DNA of 64,000 nt from Pseudomonadota bacterium (GTDB lineage: Bacteria > Pseudomonadota > Gammaproteobacteria > Xanthomonadales > Rhodanobacteraceae), in assembly GCA_021805685.1 (NCBI GenBank), contig JAJZET010000140.1, positions 1,923 to 65,922 of the forward strand. The letters run 5' to 3'. The position numbers and the translations under genes are program-made. Below the pieces are notes generated by a model. That model was given only the letters and a program-made list of their open reading frames with translations. It did no database searches and was not told where the DNA came from. Shown here piece by piece: positions 1 to 10,853 of this stretch (its first letter is position 1; every line of letters starts with the position of its first letter).

Positions 1-36
1 GACGACAGGCAACCCCTTCCCATCCCCGGAGCCATC

Positions 37-1122
37 ATGAAAGCGACCCAGCACCTGCACGACCTCGGCCAGAGCCTGTGGCTGGACAACATCACCCGCA
101 CCCTGCTCGACGACGGCACGCTGGCGCGCTACATCGCGGAGCTCTCGGTCACCGGCCTCACCTCCAACCCCAGCATCTTCGACGCCGCCATCGGCGACGG
201 CGACGCCTACGACGCCGGCATCCACGCCAAGTCGCTGGCCGGACTGTCGGGCGAGCCCCTGTTCATGGAGCTGGCGCTGGAAGACCTGCGCCGCGCCGCC
301 GACCTGTTCAAGCCGGTGTTCGACGCCACCCACCAGCTGGACGGCTGGGTGTCGATGGAGGTCTCCCCGCTGCTCGCCGCCGATACCGCCGGCACCATTG
401 CCGCGGCCGAAGCGATCCATAAGCAGGCGGAGCGGCGCAACCTGTTCGTGAAGATCCCCGGCACACCCGAAGGCATCCCCGCCATCGAGGAAGCCATCTT
501 CCACGGCATCCCGGTCAACGTGACCCTGCTGTTCTCCTGCGCGCAGTACCTCGCCGCGGCGGAGGCCTACCTGCGCGGCATCGAGCGCCGCATCGCCGCG
601 GGCAAGGATCCGTTCGTGGCCTCGGTGGCCTCGGTGTTCGTCAGCCGCTGGGACGTGGCCGCCAATCCGCACCTGCCGACCGACCAGCACAACCGGCTCG
701 GCATCGCGGTGGCCCGGCAGACCTATCGCGCCTACCGCGAACTGCTGGCCTCGCCGCGCTGGCAAAACCTCGCCGCCGCCGGCGCGCGGCCGCAGCGCGT
801 GCTGTGGGCCAGCACCGGCAGCAAGGATCCAAACGCTTCCGACACGCTGTACGTGGATGCGCTGGGCGCGCCCGACACGGTGGACACCATCCCCGAGAAA
901 ACCCTGCTCGCGGTGGGCGACCACGGCAAGCCCGGCCCGGCGATGCCGATGGACGGTGGCGACGCCGATGCGGTGCTGGCCTCGGTGGGCGCCGCCGGTG
1001 TGGACCTCGATGCGTTGGCCACCCGCTTGCAGCAGGACGGCGCCGCGGCCTTCGTGAAGTCGTGGAAGCAGCTGCTGCAGCGCATCGCCGACAAGCAGGC
1101 CGCGCTGTCGGCCAAGCAGTGA
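37..1122 (+). CDS. tal: Transaldolase (large type)
   Basis: GQSLWLDNI, GLTSNPSIF and VKIPGT (Schiff-base Lys) motifs; GGAG RBS upstream. Confidence 0.95.
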   Translation: MKATQHLHDLGQSLWLDNITRTLLDDGTLARYIAELSVTGLTSNPSIFDAAIGDGDAYDAGIHAKSLAGLSGEPLFMELALEDLRRAADLFKPVFDATHQLDGWVSMEVSPLLAADTAGTIAAAEAIHKQAERRNLFVKIPGTPEGIPAIEEAIFHGIPVNVTLLFSCAQYLAAAEAYLRGIERRIAAGKDPFVASVASVFVSRWDVAANPHLPTDQHNRLGIAVARQTYRAYRELLASPRWQNLAAAGARPQRVLWASTGSKDPNASDTLYVDALGAPDTVDTIPEKTLLAVGDHGKPGPAMPMDGGDADAVLASVGAAGVDLDALATRLQQDGAAAFVKSWKQLLQRIADKQAALSAKQ

Positions 1123-1142
1123 TAGAGCCTCTTCTTTTTGCC

Positions 1143-1227
1143 CGTCATCCCGGCGCAGGCCGGGAACCAGCGCCTGCAATCCACCCAGCGCAGGGACACT
1201 GGTTTCCCGATAGCGCGGAGGCGGCGG
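1143..1227. repeat. REP-like palindromic doublet, GTCATCCCGGCGCAGGCCGGGA family; second arm degenerate
   Basis: CGTCATCCCGGCGCAGGCCGGGAACCAG at 1143-1170; degenerate inverted partner ~1199-1227; related copies at 2964, 18897, 34969. Confidence 0.8.
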
Positions 1228-1264
1228 GCAAAAAGCTGGTCACCCCCAAGGAGCCGATTCCCCG

Positions 1265-2932
<1,668 letters not shown>

Positions 2933-2963
2933 GCCGCAACCGCACGAAGGTTTTCATGAACAC

Positions 2964-2988
2964 TCATCCCGGCGCAGGCCGGCATGAC
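2964..2988. repeat. Collapsed single REP-like palindrome
   Basis: TCATCCCGGCGCAGGCCGGCATGAC, a head/tail hybrid of the same REP family. Confidence 0.7.
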
Positions 2989-3014
2989 CGCAAAAGCACA
3001 GCTTTCGAGACCCC

Positions 3015-4661
3015 ATGAGCCAGCAGATCAGCCCGCTCGCCGGCCAGCCGGCACCCGCCTCCATCCTCGTCGACATCCCGCGGTTGCTGGCCGCGTACCA
3101 CGAGCTGAAGCCGGACCCAACGGTCCCGGCGCAGCGCGTGGCGTTCGGCACCTCGGGCCATCGCGGCTCGTCGTTCGAGCGCAGCTTCAACGAGGACCAC
3201 ATCCTCGCGGTGAGCCAGGCGATCTGCGAGTACCGCACGGGCAAGGGCATCGACGGTCCGCTGTTCATCGGCGCCGACACGCACGCGCTGTCGCAGCCCG
3301 CATTCGAGAGCGCGCTGGAAGTGCTGGCCGCGAACGGTGTGCAGGCGATGGTCTCCGCGGGCGGCGAGTTCACGCCCACGCCGGCAGTGTCGCACGCCAT
3401 CCTGGTCTACAACCGCGGGCGCAGTACGGGCCTCGCCGACGGCATCGTCATCACGCCCTCGCACAACCCGCCCGCCGACGGCGGCTTCAAGTACAACCCG
3501 CCCAACGGCGGCCCCGCCGACACCGACATCACCAAGTGGGTGGAGAACCGCGCCAACGCGCTGCTGGAAAGCGGTCTGCGCGAAGTGCGGCGCATGCCGT
3601 ATGCGCAGGCGCGCCGTGCCGCCACCACGCACGAACACGATTACCTCGACAGCTACGTCGCCGACCTCGCCAACGTGGTGGACTTCGACGCGATCCGCGT
3701 TGCAGGCGTGCGACTCGGCGTCGATCCGCTGGGCGGCGCAGGCGTGCACTACTGGGCGGCGATCGCCGAACGCCATCGCATCGCCATCGACGTGCTGAGC
3801 GAGACGGTCGACCCGCAGTTCGCCTTCATGAGCGTGGACTGGGACGGCAAGATCCGCATGGATCCCTCGTCGGGCTACGCGATGCAGCGCCTGATCGGCC
3901 TGCGCGACAAGTACGAAGTGGCCTGCGCCTGCGACACCGACCACGACCGCCACGGCGTGGTGACGCGCTCGGCCGGGCTGATGCCCGCCAACCACTACCT
4001 CACCGTGCTGGTGGATTACCTCTACCGCCACCGTCCGCAGTGGAGCGCGCAGGCCGCGGTGGGCAAGACCGTGGTGAGCACCGCGCTGATCGACCGCGTG
4101 GCGCAGCGACTGGGCCGCCGGCTCTACGAAGTGCCGGTCGGCTTCAAGTGGTTCGCACCCGGCCTGCACGACGGCACGCTGGGCTTCGGCTGCGAGGAAA
4201 GCGCCGGCGCCTCGCTGCTGCGCATGGACGGCGGTGCATGGAGCACCGACAAGGACGGCCTGGTGCCCGGCCTGCTCGCCGCGGAAATCACCGCACGCGA
4301 AGGCCGCGATCCCGGCGAGGTCTATGCGCGCATCGCCGACGAACTGGGCCGCCCGTGCAGCCGCCGCATCGACGCCGCCGCCACGCCGGCACAGAAGGCC
4401 AGGCTGTCGAAACTCTCGCCCGACCAGCTCAAGGCCGAACGCATCGCCGGCGACCAGGTCGTCGCCGTGCTCGACAAGGCGCCCGGCAACGGCGCCGCTA
4501 TCGGCGGCATCAAGGTGGTAACCGAGCAGGGCTGGTTCGCCGCACGCCCCTCCGGCACCGAGGCGATCTACAAGATCTACGCCGAGAGCTTCCGCGACGA
4601 AGCGCACCTCGACAGCCTGTTGCAGGAGGCGCAATCGGTGGTGGATGCGGCCTTGGCCTGA
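3015..4661 (+). CDS. pgm: Phosphoglucomutase (alpha-D-glucose phosphate-specific)
   Basis: [14 protein letters not shown] phosphoserine loop, DTDHDR metal loop, ARPSGTE. Confidence 0.95.
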   Translation: MSQQISPLAGQPAPASILVDIPRLLAAYHELKPDPTVPAQRVAFGTSGHRGSSFERSFNEDHILAVSQAICEYRTGKGIDGPLFIGADTHALSQPAFESALEVLAANGVQAMVSAGGEFTPTPAVSHAILVYNRGRSTGLADGIVITPSHNPPADGGFKYNPPNGGPADTDITKWVENRANALLESGLREVRRMPYAQARRAATTHEHDYLDSYVADLANVVDFDAIRVAGVRLGVDPLGGAGVHYWAAIAERHRIAIDVLSETVDPQFAFMSVDWDGKIRMDPSSGYAMQRLIGLRDKYEVACACDTDHDRHGVVTRSAGLMPANHYLTVLVDYLYRHRPQWSAQAAVGKTVVSTALIDRVAQRLGRRLYEVPVGFKWFAPGLHDGTLGFGCEESAGASLLRMDGGAWSTDKDGLVPGLLAAEITAREGRDPGEVYARIADELGRPCSRRIDAAATPAQKARLSKLSPDQLKAERIAGDQVVAVLDKAPGNGAAIGGIKVVTEQGWFAARPSGTEAIYKIYAESFRDEAHLDSLLQEAQSVVDAALA

Positions 4662-4685
4662 CGGCGCACTTTTCGCCAACCTCGC

Positions 4686-5966
4686 TCAGCGCCGCAACGC
4701 CCGATGCGCGATGTCGCGCCGGCAGAAGGCGCCATCGAAGCGGATCTTCGCCACCGCGTCGTAGGCGGTTTCGCGCGCGGCGGCGATGTCCTTGCCCAGC
4801 GCGCAGACGGTGAGCACGCGGCCGCCGGCCGTGGTGGTGCGGCCCTCGGCGTCGAGCCGGGTGCCGGCATGGAACACCTTGGCGTCGGCGCCGAAGTCGC
4901 TGTCCAGGCCCTCGATCACGTCGCCGCTGCGCACCTTGCCGGGGTAGCCGCCGGCGGCCATCACCACGCCGATGGACGGGCGCGCGTCCCACTGCGCGCG
5001 GGTGCGGTGCAGTTCGCCGTCCAGCGCGGCTTCGATCAGTTCCACCAGGTCCGACTTCAGGCGCAGCATGATGGGCTGCGTCTCCGGGTCGCCGAAGCGC
5101 ACGTTGAACTCGATGACCTTGGGGTTGCCCTGCTTGTCGATCATCAGCCCGGCGTAGAGGAAGCCGATGAAGGGCGCGCCCTCCATCGCCATGCCGTGCA
5201 GCGTGGGCTCGATCACCTGCTTGAGGATGCGCTGCTCCACCTCGGGCGTGACCACCGGCGCGGGCGAGTAGGCGCCCATGCCGCCGGTGTTGGGGCCGAA
5301 GTCGCCGTCATCGCGGCGCTTGTGGTCCTGGCTGCTGGCCATCGGCAGCGCGTGCTGGCCGTCGCTCATCACGATGTAGCTGGCCTCCTCTCCATCGAGG
5401 AACTCCTCGATCACCACGCGCGCGGAAGCATCGCCGAAGGCATGCGCACCCAGCATGTCGTGCAGCGCCAGCTCGGCGTCGGCCAGAGTCAGCGCCACCA
5501 CCACGCCCTTGCCGGCAGCGAGGCCGTCGGCCTTGATCACGATGGGTGCGCCGTGCTGGCGCACGTAGGCCAGCGCGGGATTCAACTCGGTGAACACCGC
5601 ATAGCGCGCGGTGGGGATGTTGTGGCGCAGGAGGAAATCCTTGGCGAAGGCCTTGGAACCCTCCAGCTGCGCGGCGACGGCGCGCGGCCCGAAGATGCGC
5701 AGGCCCGTCGCACGGAACTTGTCCACCACGCCGGCCACCAGCGGCACCTCGGGCCCGACCACGGTCAGCTCCACCTTCTCGCGCTTGGCCAGCGCCAGCA
5801 GGCCGTCGAGGTCGGTCACCGCCACGTCCGCATTGCGCACGCCGCGTTCGCGCGCGGTGCCGGCATTGCCCGGCGCCACGATCACCTCGTCCACCCGCAG
5901 CGACTGCTTGAGCTTCCACGCCAGCGCGTGCTCGCGCCCGCCGTTGCCGATGACCAGGACCTTCAT
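4686..5966 (-). CDS. purD: Phosphoribosylamine--glycine ligase
   Basis: MKVLVIGNGGREHAL, KADGLAAGKGV, GPNTGGMGAYSP, EFNVRFGDPE. Confidence 0.97.
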   Translation of the reverse strand: MKVLVIGNGGREHALAWKLKQSLRVDEVIVAPGNAGTARERGVRNADVAVTDLDGLLALAKREKVELTVVGPEVPLVAGVVDKFRATGLRIFGPRAVAAQLEGSKAFAKDFLLRHNIPTARYAVFTELNPALAYVRQHGAPIVIKADGLAAGKGVVVALTLADAELALHDMLGAHAFGDASARVVIEEFLDGEEASYIVMSDGQHALPMASSQDHKRRDDGDFGPNTGGMGAYSPAPVVTPEVEQRILKQVIEPTLHGMAMEGAPFIGFLYAGLMIDKQGNPKVIEFNVRFGDPETQPIMLRLKSDLVELIEAALDGELHRTRAQWDARPSIGVVMAAGGYPGKVRSGDVIEGLDSDFGADAKVFHAGTRLDAEGRTTTAGGRVLTVCALGKDIAAARETAYDAVAKIRFDGAFCRRDIAHRALRR

Positions 5967-6177
5967 GCCGATGACTCCGAGAGGGCGTTGCCGCGTGGGA
6001 ATGGGCAGCTATTGTACCCGTGCCGTCCCGCCGCTCCGATCGGGGCGGTCCTTGACACCCGGGCCGGACAAATCGTCGCTGCCCTAAAGAACGGCCCGGT
6101 TATGTCGATCAGCTGTCAGACCATGCCAGGCTCATCGTCAGGGATCACTACGGTGGAATGGAAAGCAGGGTGATTCC

Positions 6178-8742
6178 TTGTCGCTTGCCGCGCCCAACAA
6201 CACTTCGCTGATCCAACGGCTTTCCTTCACGCTGTGGGGAGCGTTCCTGACGCTGCTGCTGTCGCTGTCGGTGCTGGGCTTTGCCTCGCTGCGGCTGCTG
6301 GCGGATCGCGTGGTGCCGCTGGCCATCCAGCAATGGGCGCAGATGAAGGCGCAGGCCAACGAGCGCCTGTTCGTACAGGCCGATGCCAGCGTGCGCCGGC
6401 TGCGCTCGACGCTGGTGCAGCGCCTGGACGACGCGCCGCCCGGTACCGCCAAGCGCTTCGACCGCCTGTTCGCGCGCAGTCCCGACGGGCTGTGGCGTGT
6501 GCGCCCCGAACGGCTGGACACCGTGAATGCGCCCACGCTGTACCTGCACAACGGGCCGCACGGGCTGTCCGAATCGGCGCGGCTGCGCGCGGTGGTGAGC
6601 TACGAACTGTTGCGCGAACAGGGCCCCGCGCTGGTGCCGCCGTTCTTCTCGGTCTACATGGATTTCGTGGAAAACGGCTTGATGGTGTACGCCCGCGGCA
6701 TCGACTGGGGCGGCAATGCCAATGCCCAGGCCAGCAACGCCGACTACCCCACGATGCTTGGCGCCGATCCCCGCCGCAACCCGGAGCGCAAGGTGTTCTG
6801 GACGCCGGTGTACCTGGACAACCAGGCCCACACCTGGATGGTGTCCGTGATCGCGCCGCTGGATTGGCAGGGCCACTGGGTCGGCACGGTGGGACACGAC
6901 GTGGCGATCCAGACGCTGATCGACTCGGTGGCGCCGCCACGCCCTGACGCGGCCGTGCAGCAGCTCATCATCAACCGCCAGGGCGACCTGATCGCACTCC
7001 CGCAGCTGCGCGAACGGATTGCCAACGCACACGGCCAGCTGCGGATCGCCAGGCTGAAGGATCCCGCGCTCGAACAGGTGCTGCGCACCGTGCTGGCCGC
7101 CCATGCCGACACGGGCGCGAAGCGCACGCCCGACGGCAAGGACTGGGTGGCGTGGGCGCGCATCCGCGGGCCCGACTGGTTCGAGGTCAACATGCTGCCG
7201 CAGGCACGCGTGAACCGCATGGTGCTGCTGGGCTGGTTGGCGATGTTCGGCACCGGGTTGTTGATCCTGCTGCCCATGCTGTGGCTGCTGCGCCACCGTG
7301 TCCACCGGCTGGTGACCCGCCCGCTGAAGCGCATGACCCGGGCGGTGGACGAACTGGGGCAGGGGCGCACGCCCCAGCCCATCGCACTGGGCAACCAGGA
7401 CGAGCTGGGCCGGTTGGCGGCGGCCTTCGACACCATGGTGGCCGAGCTGGTGCAGCAGCGCGAGCAACTGGTTCTCCTGGCCGAACGCGACTCCCTCACC
7501 GGCCTGTACAACCGTCGCCGCTTCGAGGAGGAACTGGCGCGCTTCTTCAAGGACGACTCCGACCACCGGGGCGCGGTACTGCTGTTCGACCTGGACGAGT
7601 TCAAGTACGTCAACGACACCTTCGGCCATCTCGCCGGCGACGCGATGCTGCTGCGCGTGGCGGGCGAGACCAAGGCGCTGATGCGGGACAACGACGTCCT
7701 CTGCCGGCTGGGCGGCGACGAGTTCGCGGTGTTCCTGCCGCATGCCACCCAGGTCAGCGCGCTGGCGCTGGCCGAGCGCATCGTGCGCGCGGTGGCGCGC
7801 ACGGCGGTCGAGATCCAGGGCCAGACGGTGCGGCTCACCACCAGCCTTGGCGTGGCGACCTGCCCCGAAAACAGTCAGGGCGCCGAGGACCTGATATCGC
7901 ACGCCGACATGGCGATGTACCAGGCCAAGCGCCTCGGCAAGAACCGCTGGAGCACCTACCGGCCCGACCACGACGCGATGCAGGCGATGGCCGCACGGCT
8001 GGCCTGGAACGAGCGCATCGACCATGCGCTGGAACACAAGCTGCTGCGACTGCACTTCCAGGGCGTGTACCGCGCGGACAACGGCGAGCTGGCCCACCTG
8101 GAGGCCCTGCTGCGCATGACCAGCGAGACCGATCCCGGGCAATCCATCACCCCGGACCAGTTCATCGGCCACGCCGAGCGGAGCGGCAGGATCCTCGACA
8201 TCGACCACTGGGTGGTGCGGGAAAGCGTCGCCCTGCTGGCCGCTCACCCGCGCTTGCCCGCACTCGCGATCAACATCTCGGGCCGCTCGATCGACGATCC
8301 CGACCTGCCCGGCTTCATCACCGCGCAGCTGGTCCAGCATGGCGTGGCGCCGGGACGGCTGCTGGTAGAACTGACCGAGACGGCGGCCATCTCCGACCTG
8401 CGCGACGCCGAGCGCTTCATCGACGCGCTGCGCCGCATCGGCTGCGTGCTGTGCCTGGACGACTTCGGCAGCGGTTTCGCCTCGTTCGCCTACCTCAAGC
8501 AGCTGAAGGTCGGCGTGCTCAAGATCGATGGCCTGTTCATCCGCAACCTGCCGCGCGACCACGACAACCAGGTGTTCGTGCGCTCGATCATCGAGGTGGC
8601 GCACGGCATGGGCCAGCAGACCGTGGCCGAGTTCGTCGAGGACGAGGAAACCCTGCGCCTGCTGCGGGATTTCGGCGTGGACCTGGTGCAGGGCTACCAC
8701 CTGGACAAGCCGCAGGCGGATCACCCCATGCTGCGGGGGTGA
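6178..8742 (+). CDS. Membrane sensor diguanylate cyclase/phosphodiesterase (Cache-like periplasmic, HAMP, GGDEF, EAL)
   Basis: Two TM segments, HAMP (DELGRLAAAFDTM), RDND I-site plus GGDEF, EAL and DDFGSG motifs; TTG start uncertain. Confidence 0.9.
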   Translation: MSLAAPNNTSLIQRLSFTLWGAFLTLLLSLSVLGFASLRLLADRVVPLAIQQWAQMKAQANERLFVQADASVRRLRSTLVQRLDDAPPGTAKRFDRLFARSPDGLWRVRPERLDTVNAPTLYLHNGPHGLSESARLRAVVSYELLREQGPALVPPFFSVYMDFVENGLMVYARGIDWGGNANAQASNADYPTMLGADPRRNPERKVFWTPVYLDNQAHTWMVSVIAPLDWQGHWVGTVGHDVAIQTLIDSVAPPRPDAAVQQLIINRQGDLIALPQLRERIANAHGQLRIARLKDPALEQVLRTVLAAHADTGAKRTPDGKDWVAWARIRGPDWFEVNMLPQARVNRMVLLGWLAMFGTGLLILLPMLWLLRHRVHRLVTRPLKRMTRAVDELGQGRTPQPIALGNQDELGRLAAAFDTMVAELVQQREQLVLLAERDSLTGLYNRRRFEEELARFFKDDSDHRGAVLLFDLDEFKYVNDTFGHLAGDAMLLRVAGETKALMRDNDVLCRLGGDEFAVFLPHATQVSALALAERIVRAVARTAVEIQGQTVRLTTSLGVATCPENSQGAEDLISHADMAMYQAKRLGKNRWSTYRPDHDAMQAMAARLAWNERIDHALEHKLLRLHFQGVYRADNGELAHLEALLRMTSETDPGQSITPDQFIGHAERSGRILDIDHWVVRESVALLAAHPRLPALAINISGRSIDDPDLPGFITAQLVQHGVAPGRLLVELTETAAISDLRDAERFIDALRRIGCVLCLDDFGSGFASFAYLKQLKVGVLKIDGLFIRNLPRDHDNQVFVRSIIEVAHGMGQQTVAEFVEDEETLRLLRDFGVDLVQGYHLDKPQADHPMLRG

Positions 8743-8779
8743 CGCCGTCTGGCCGCCGCTGCCGCGGCAAGGCGGCGGG

Positions 8780-10204
8780 TCAGCCCAGCAGCGCCAGCAG
8801 GGCCAGGCGCGGCAGCTTGCCGGTGTCGTTGCGCGGCAGCGCGGGCACGCGACGCAGCGGGCGCGGCAGGAACACCGGGTCGATGGCGCGGCGCAGGGCG
8901 TCGAGGATGGCCGCTTCGTCCAGCGTGGGCGCCACCGCCAGCGCGGCGATGCGGCGCACGCCGGCGGCATCCGCCTCGTCGAGCTGGAACACGATGCCGT
9001 CCTGCACGCCGGGGATCGCCAGCAGGCGCCGCGTGAGGTCGCCCAGTGAAGCGCGCTTGCCGGCGATTTCCAGCAGGTCGGTGTTGCGTCCGCACAGCCG
9101 GAAACGGCGGCCCGCATCGTGCAGGCTCACGATGTCGGCCAGCACCACCGGGGTGTCCAGCTGCGGCGCCTCGACCAGGGTGCCGTCGGGCTGCGGATGC
9201 AGCCGCACGCCGTCGTACAGCGTCCAGTCCGCATCCGCGACGAGGCGGCGGCTGGCGAAGGCGCAGGTCTCGGTGGAGCCGAACACCTCCAGCAGCGGCG
9301 CGTCGAAGGCCTGCTCGGCGGCCAGCGCCAGCTCCGGCGGCATCGGTGCGGTGGCCGAAAGCATCGCCGCCAGCGGTGGCAGCGGCAGGCCGGCGGCGAC
9401 CAGCGCACGCAGGTGCACCGGCGTGGTGACCAGTACGCGCGGCGCGGGCACCTCGGCCAGCGCGGCGGCCACGTCGGCCGGGAAGAACGGCCGCCCGGCA
9501 TGCACGCCCACGTCGCCAAGCAGGGGCAGCAGCACGCTCATCTCGATGCCGTAGATGTGCTGCGGCGGCACGGTGGCCACCACGTTGAAGCGCGCGCCGG
9601 CCACGCCGCCAAGCATCGCCAGCGTGCCGACGCTGCTGGCGGTGAGGTTCCGCCAGCTCTTCGCATTGGCCCGCGGCGTGCCGGTGGAGCCGGAGGTGTA
9701 GCCGATCGCCACCGGCTGATCGGCAGGAATCATCGGCACCTCGGCCGTGGCATGGGGCGCACCGCCGTCGAGCGCAGGCAGCTTGCGGTACCCATGCGGC
9801 GCGGGCGACAGCGCGAGCTCGCCCAGCGCATAGCTGCCCGGATGCGCGGCCATCACTTCCTCCACCGCCTGCGGCGCGCGCGATGGCGGCAGCAGGTTGG
9901 CCTGGCCGCGCCGTGCAATGGCGCAGAACGCGACCAGGAAGGCGTAGCGGTCTTCGCACAGGTTCACCGCGGCGGGCGCCTCCGGCAGCAGCGCGGCGAC
10001 CTGTTCGACCTGGGCGAGGAAGCCGGCCGCACTCACCGCCTCGCCGTGGCGCCACGCCACCACGCGCCGCGGGTCGAGCGCGTCGAGCAGCGGCAGCACG
10101 GTGGTCGCCGGCGCGTGTTTCAGGCTGTCGTGGACGATGGCCAAGCCGTTGCTCCCGAGTTGCGCCCAGACGGCGGCTGCTCCGCCCACCCTGGTGGACG
10201 GCAT
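8780..10204 (-). CDS. AMP-binding acyl/aryl-CoA synthetase-like protein (aryl-polyene/xanthomonadin-type AMP ligase family)
   Basis: YTSGSTGTP P-loop, TVPPQHIYG, EVFGSTET, LPRNDTGKL. Confidence 0.8.
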   Translation of the reverse strand: MPSTRVGGAAAVWAQLGSNGLAIVHDSLKHAPATTVLPLLDALDPRRVVAWRHGEAVSAAGFLAQVEQVAALLPEAPAAVNLCEDRYAFLVAFCAIARRGQANLLPPSRAPQAVEEVMAAHPGSYALGELALSPAPHGYRKLPALDGGAPHATAEVPMIPADQPVAIGYTSGSTGTPRANAKSWRNLTASSVGTLAMLGGVAGARFNVVATVPPQHIYGIEMSVLLPLLGDVGVHAGRPFFPADVAAALAEVPAPRVLVTTPVHLRALVAAGLPLPPLAAMLSATAPMPPELALAAEQAFDAPLLEVFGSTETCAFASRRLVADADWTLYDGVRLHPQPDGTLVEAPQLDTPVVLADIVSLHDAGRRFRLCGRNTDLLEIAGKRASLGDLTRRLLAIPGVQDGIVFQLDEADAAGVRRIAALAVAPTLDEAAILDALRRAIDPVFLPRPLRRVPALPRNDTGKLPRLALLALLG

Positions 10205-10280
10205 GCCGTGATGCTAGGGATTCCCCTTGCTCGCGCCGCTGAATCGCACGCGGTCGCCAGGGCCGCGGTTCACCGGCAAG

Positions 10281-10853
10281 TCAGGCGCGGATGATAGCGC
10301 CGGTGAGCGCATCGCGGATCGTGCTGGGGCGATCCTGCGCGCCGAGCGGGGCGTCGAGCACGCCGTCCAGTGCCGCACCGAAGTAGTCGCGCACGGCTTG
10401 CGCATCCTTCGCGGGCGCCTCGCCGTGCGGGTTGGCACTGGTCGAAACCAGCGCACCGCCGAATGCCCGGCACAGCGCGGCGGCCGGCTCGTGCGCGGTG
10501 ACGCGCAGCGCGATGCCCGCGTGCGCGCCCGCCACCCACTCGGGCACGGCGGCGCTGCGCGGGAAAATCCAGGTGTTCGGCCCGGGCCAGCTGGCGCGCA
10601 CGTCGGCCAGCACGGTCGACGGTACCTTGTCGAAGTCGATATAGCGCCGCACCTGCTCGAAATCCGCGGCGATCAGCAACACGCCCTGCGTGGCCGGGCG
10701 CTGCTTGAGCGCGAAGATCCTGTCGAACGCCGCGCGGTCGCGCGGGTCGCAGCCGAGGCCATAGACCGCCTCGGTGGGATAGGCCAGCACGCCGCCCCGA
10801 CGCAACAGCAGGGCGGCGTCCTCCAGCTCGTCGAGCGTGAAGATCTGCAGCAT
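10281..10853 (-). CDS. tsaC: L-threonylcarbamoyladenylate synthase (YrdC/Sua5 family)
   Basis: AYPTEAVYGLGCDP, STSAN, PSTIRD; ATG overlaps the topA stop (TGATG). Confidence 0.92.
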   Translation of the reverse strand: MLQIFTLDELEDAALLLRRGGVLAYPTEAVYGLGCDPRDRAAFDRIFALKQRPATQGVLLIAADFEQVRRYIDFDKVPSTVLADVRASWPGPNTWIFPRSAAVPEWVAGAHAGIALRVTAHEPAAALCRAFGGALVSTSANPHGEAPAKDAQAVRDYFGAALDGVLDAPLGAQDRPSTIRDALTGAIIRA

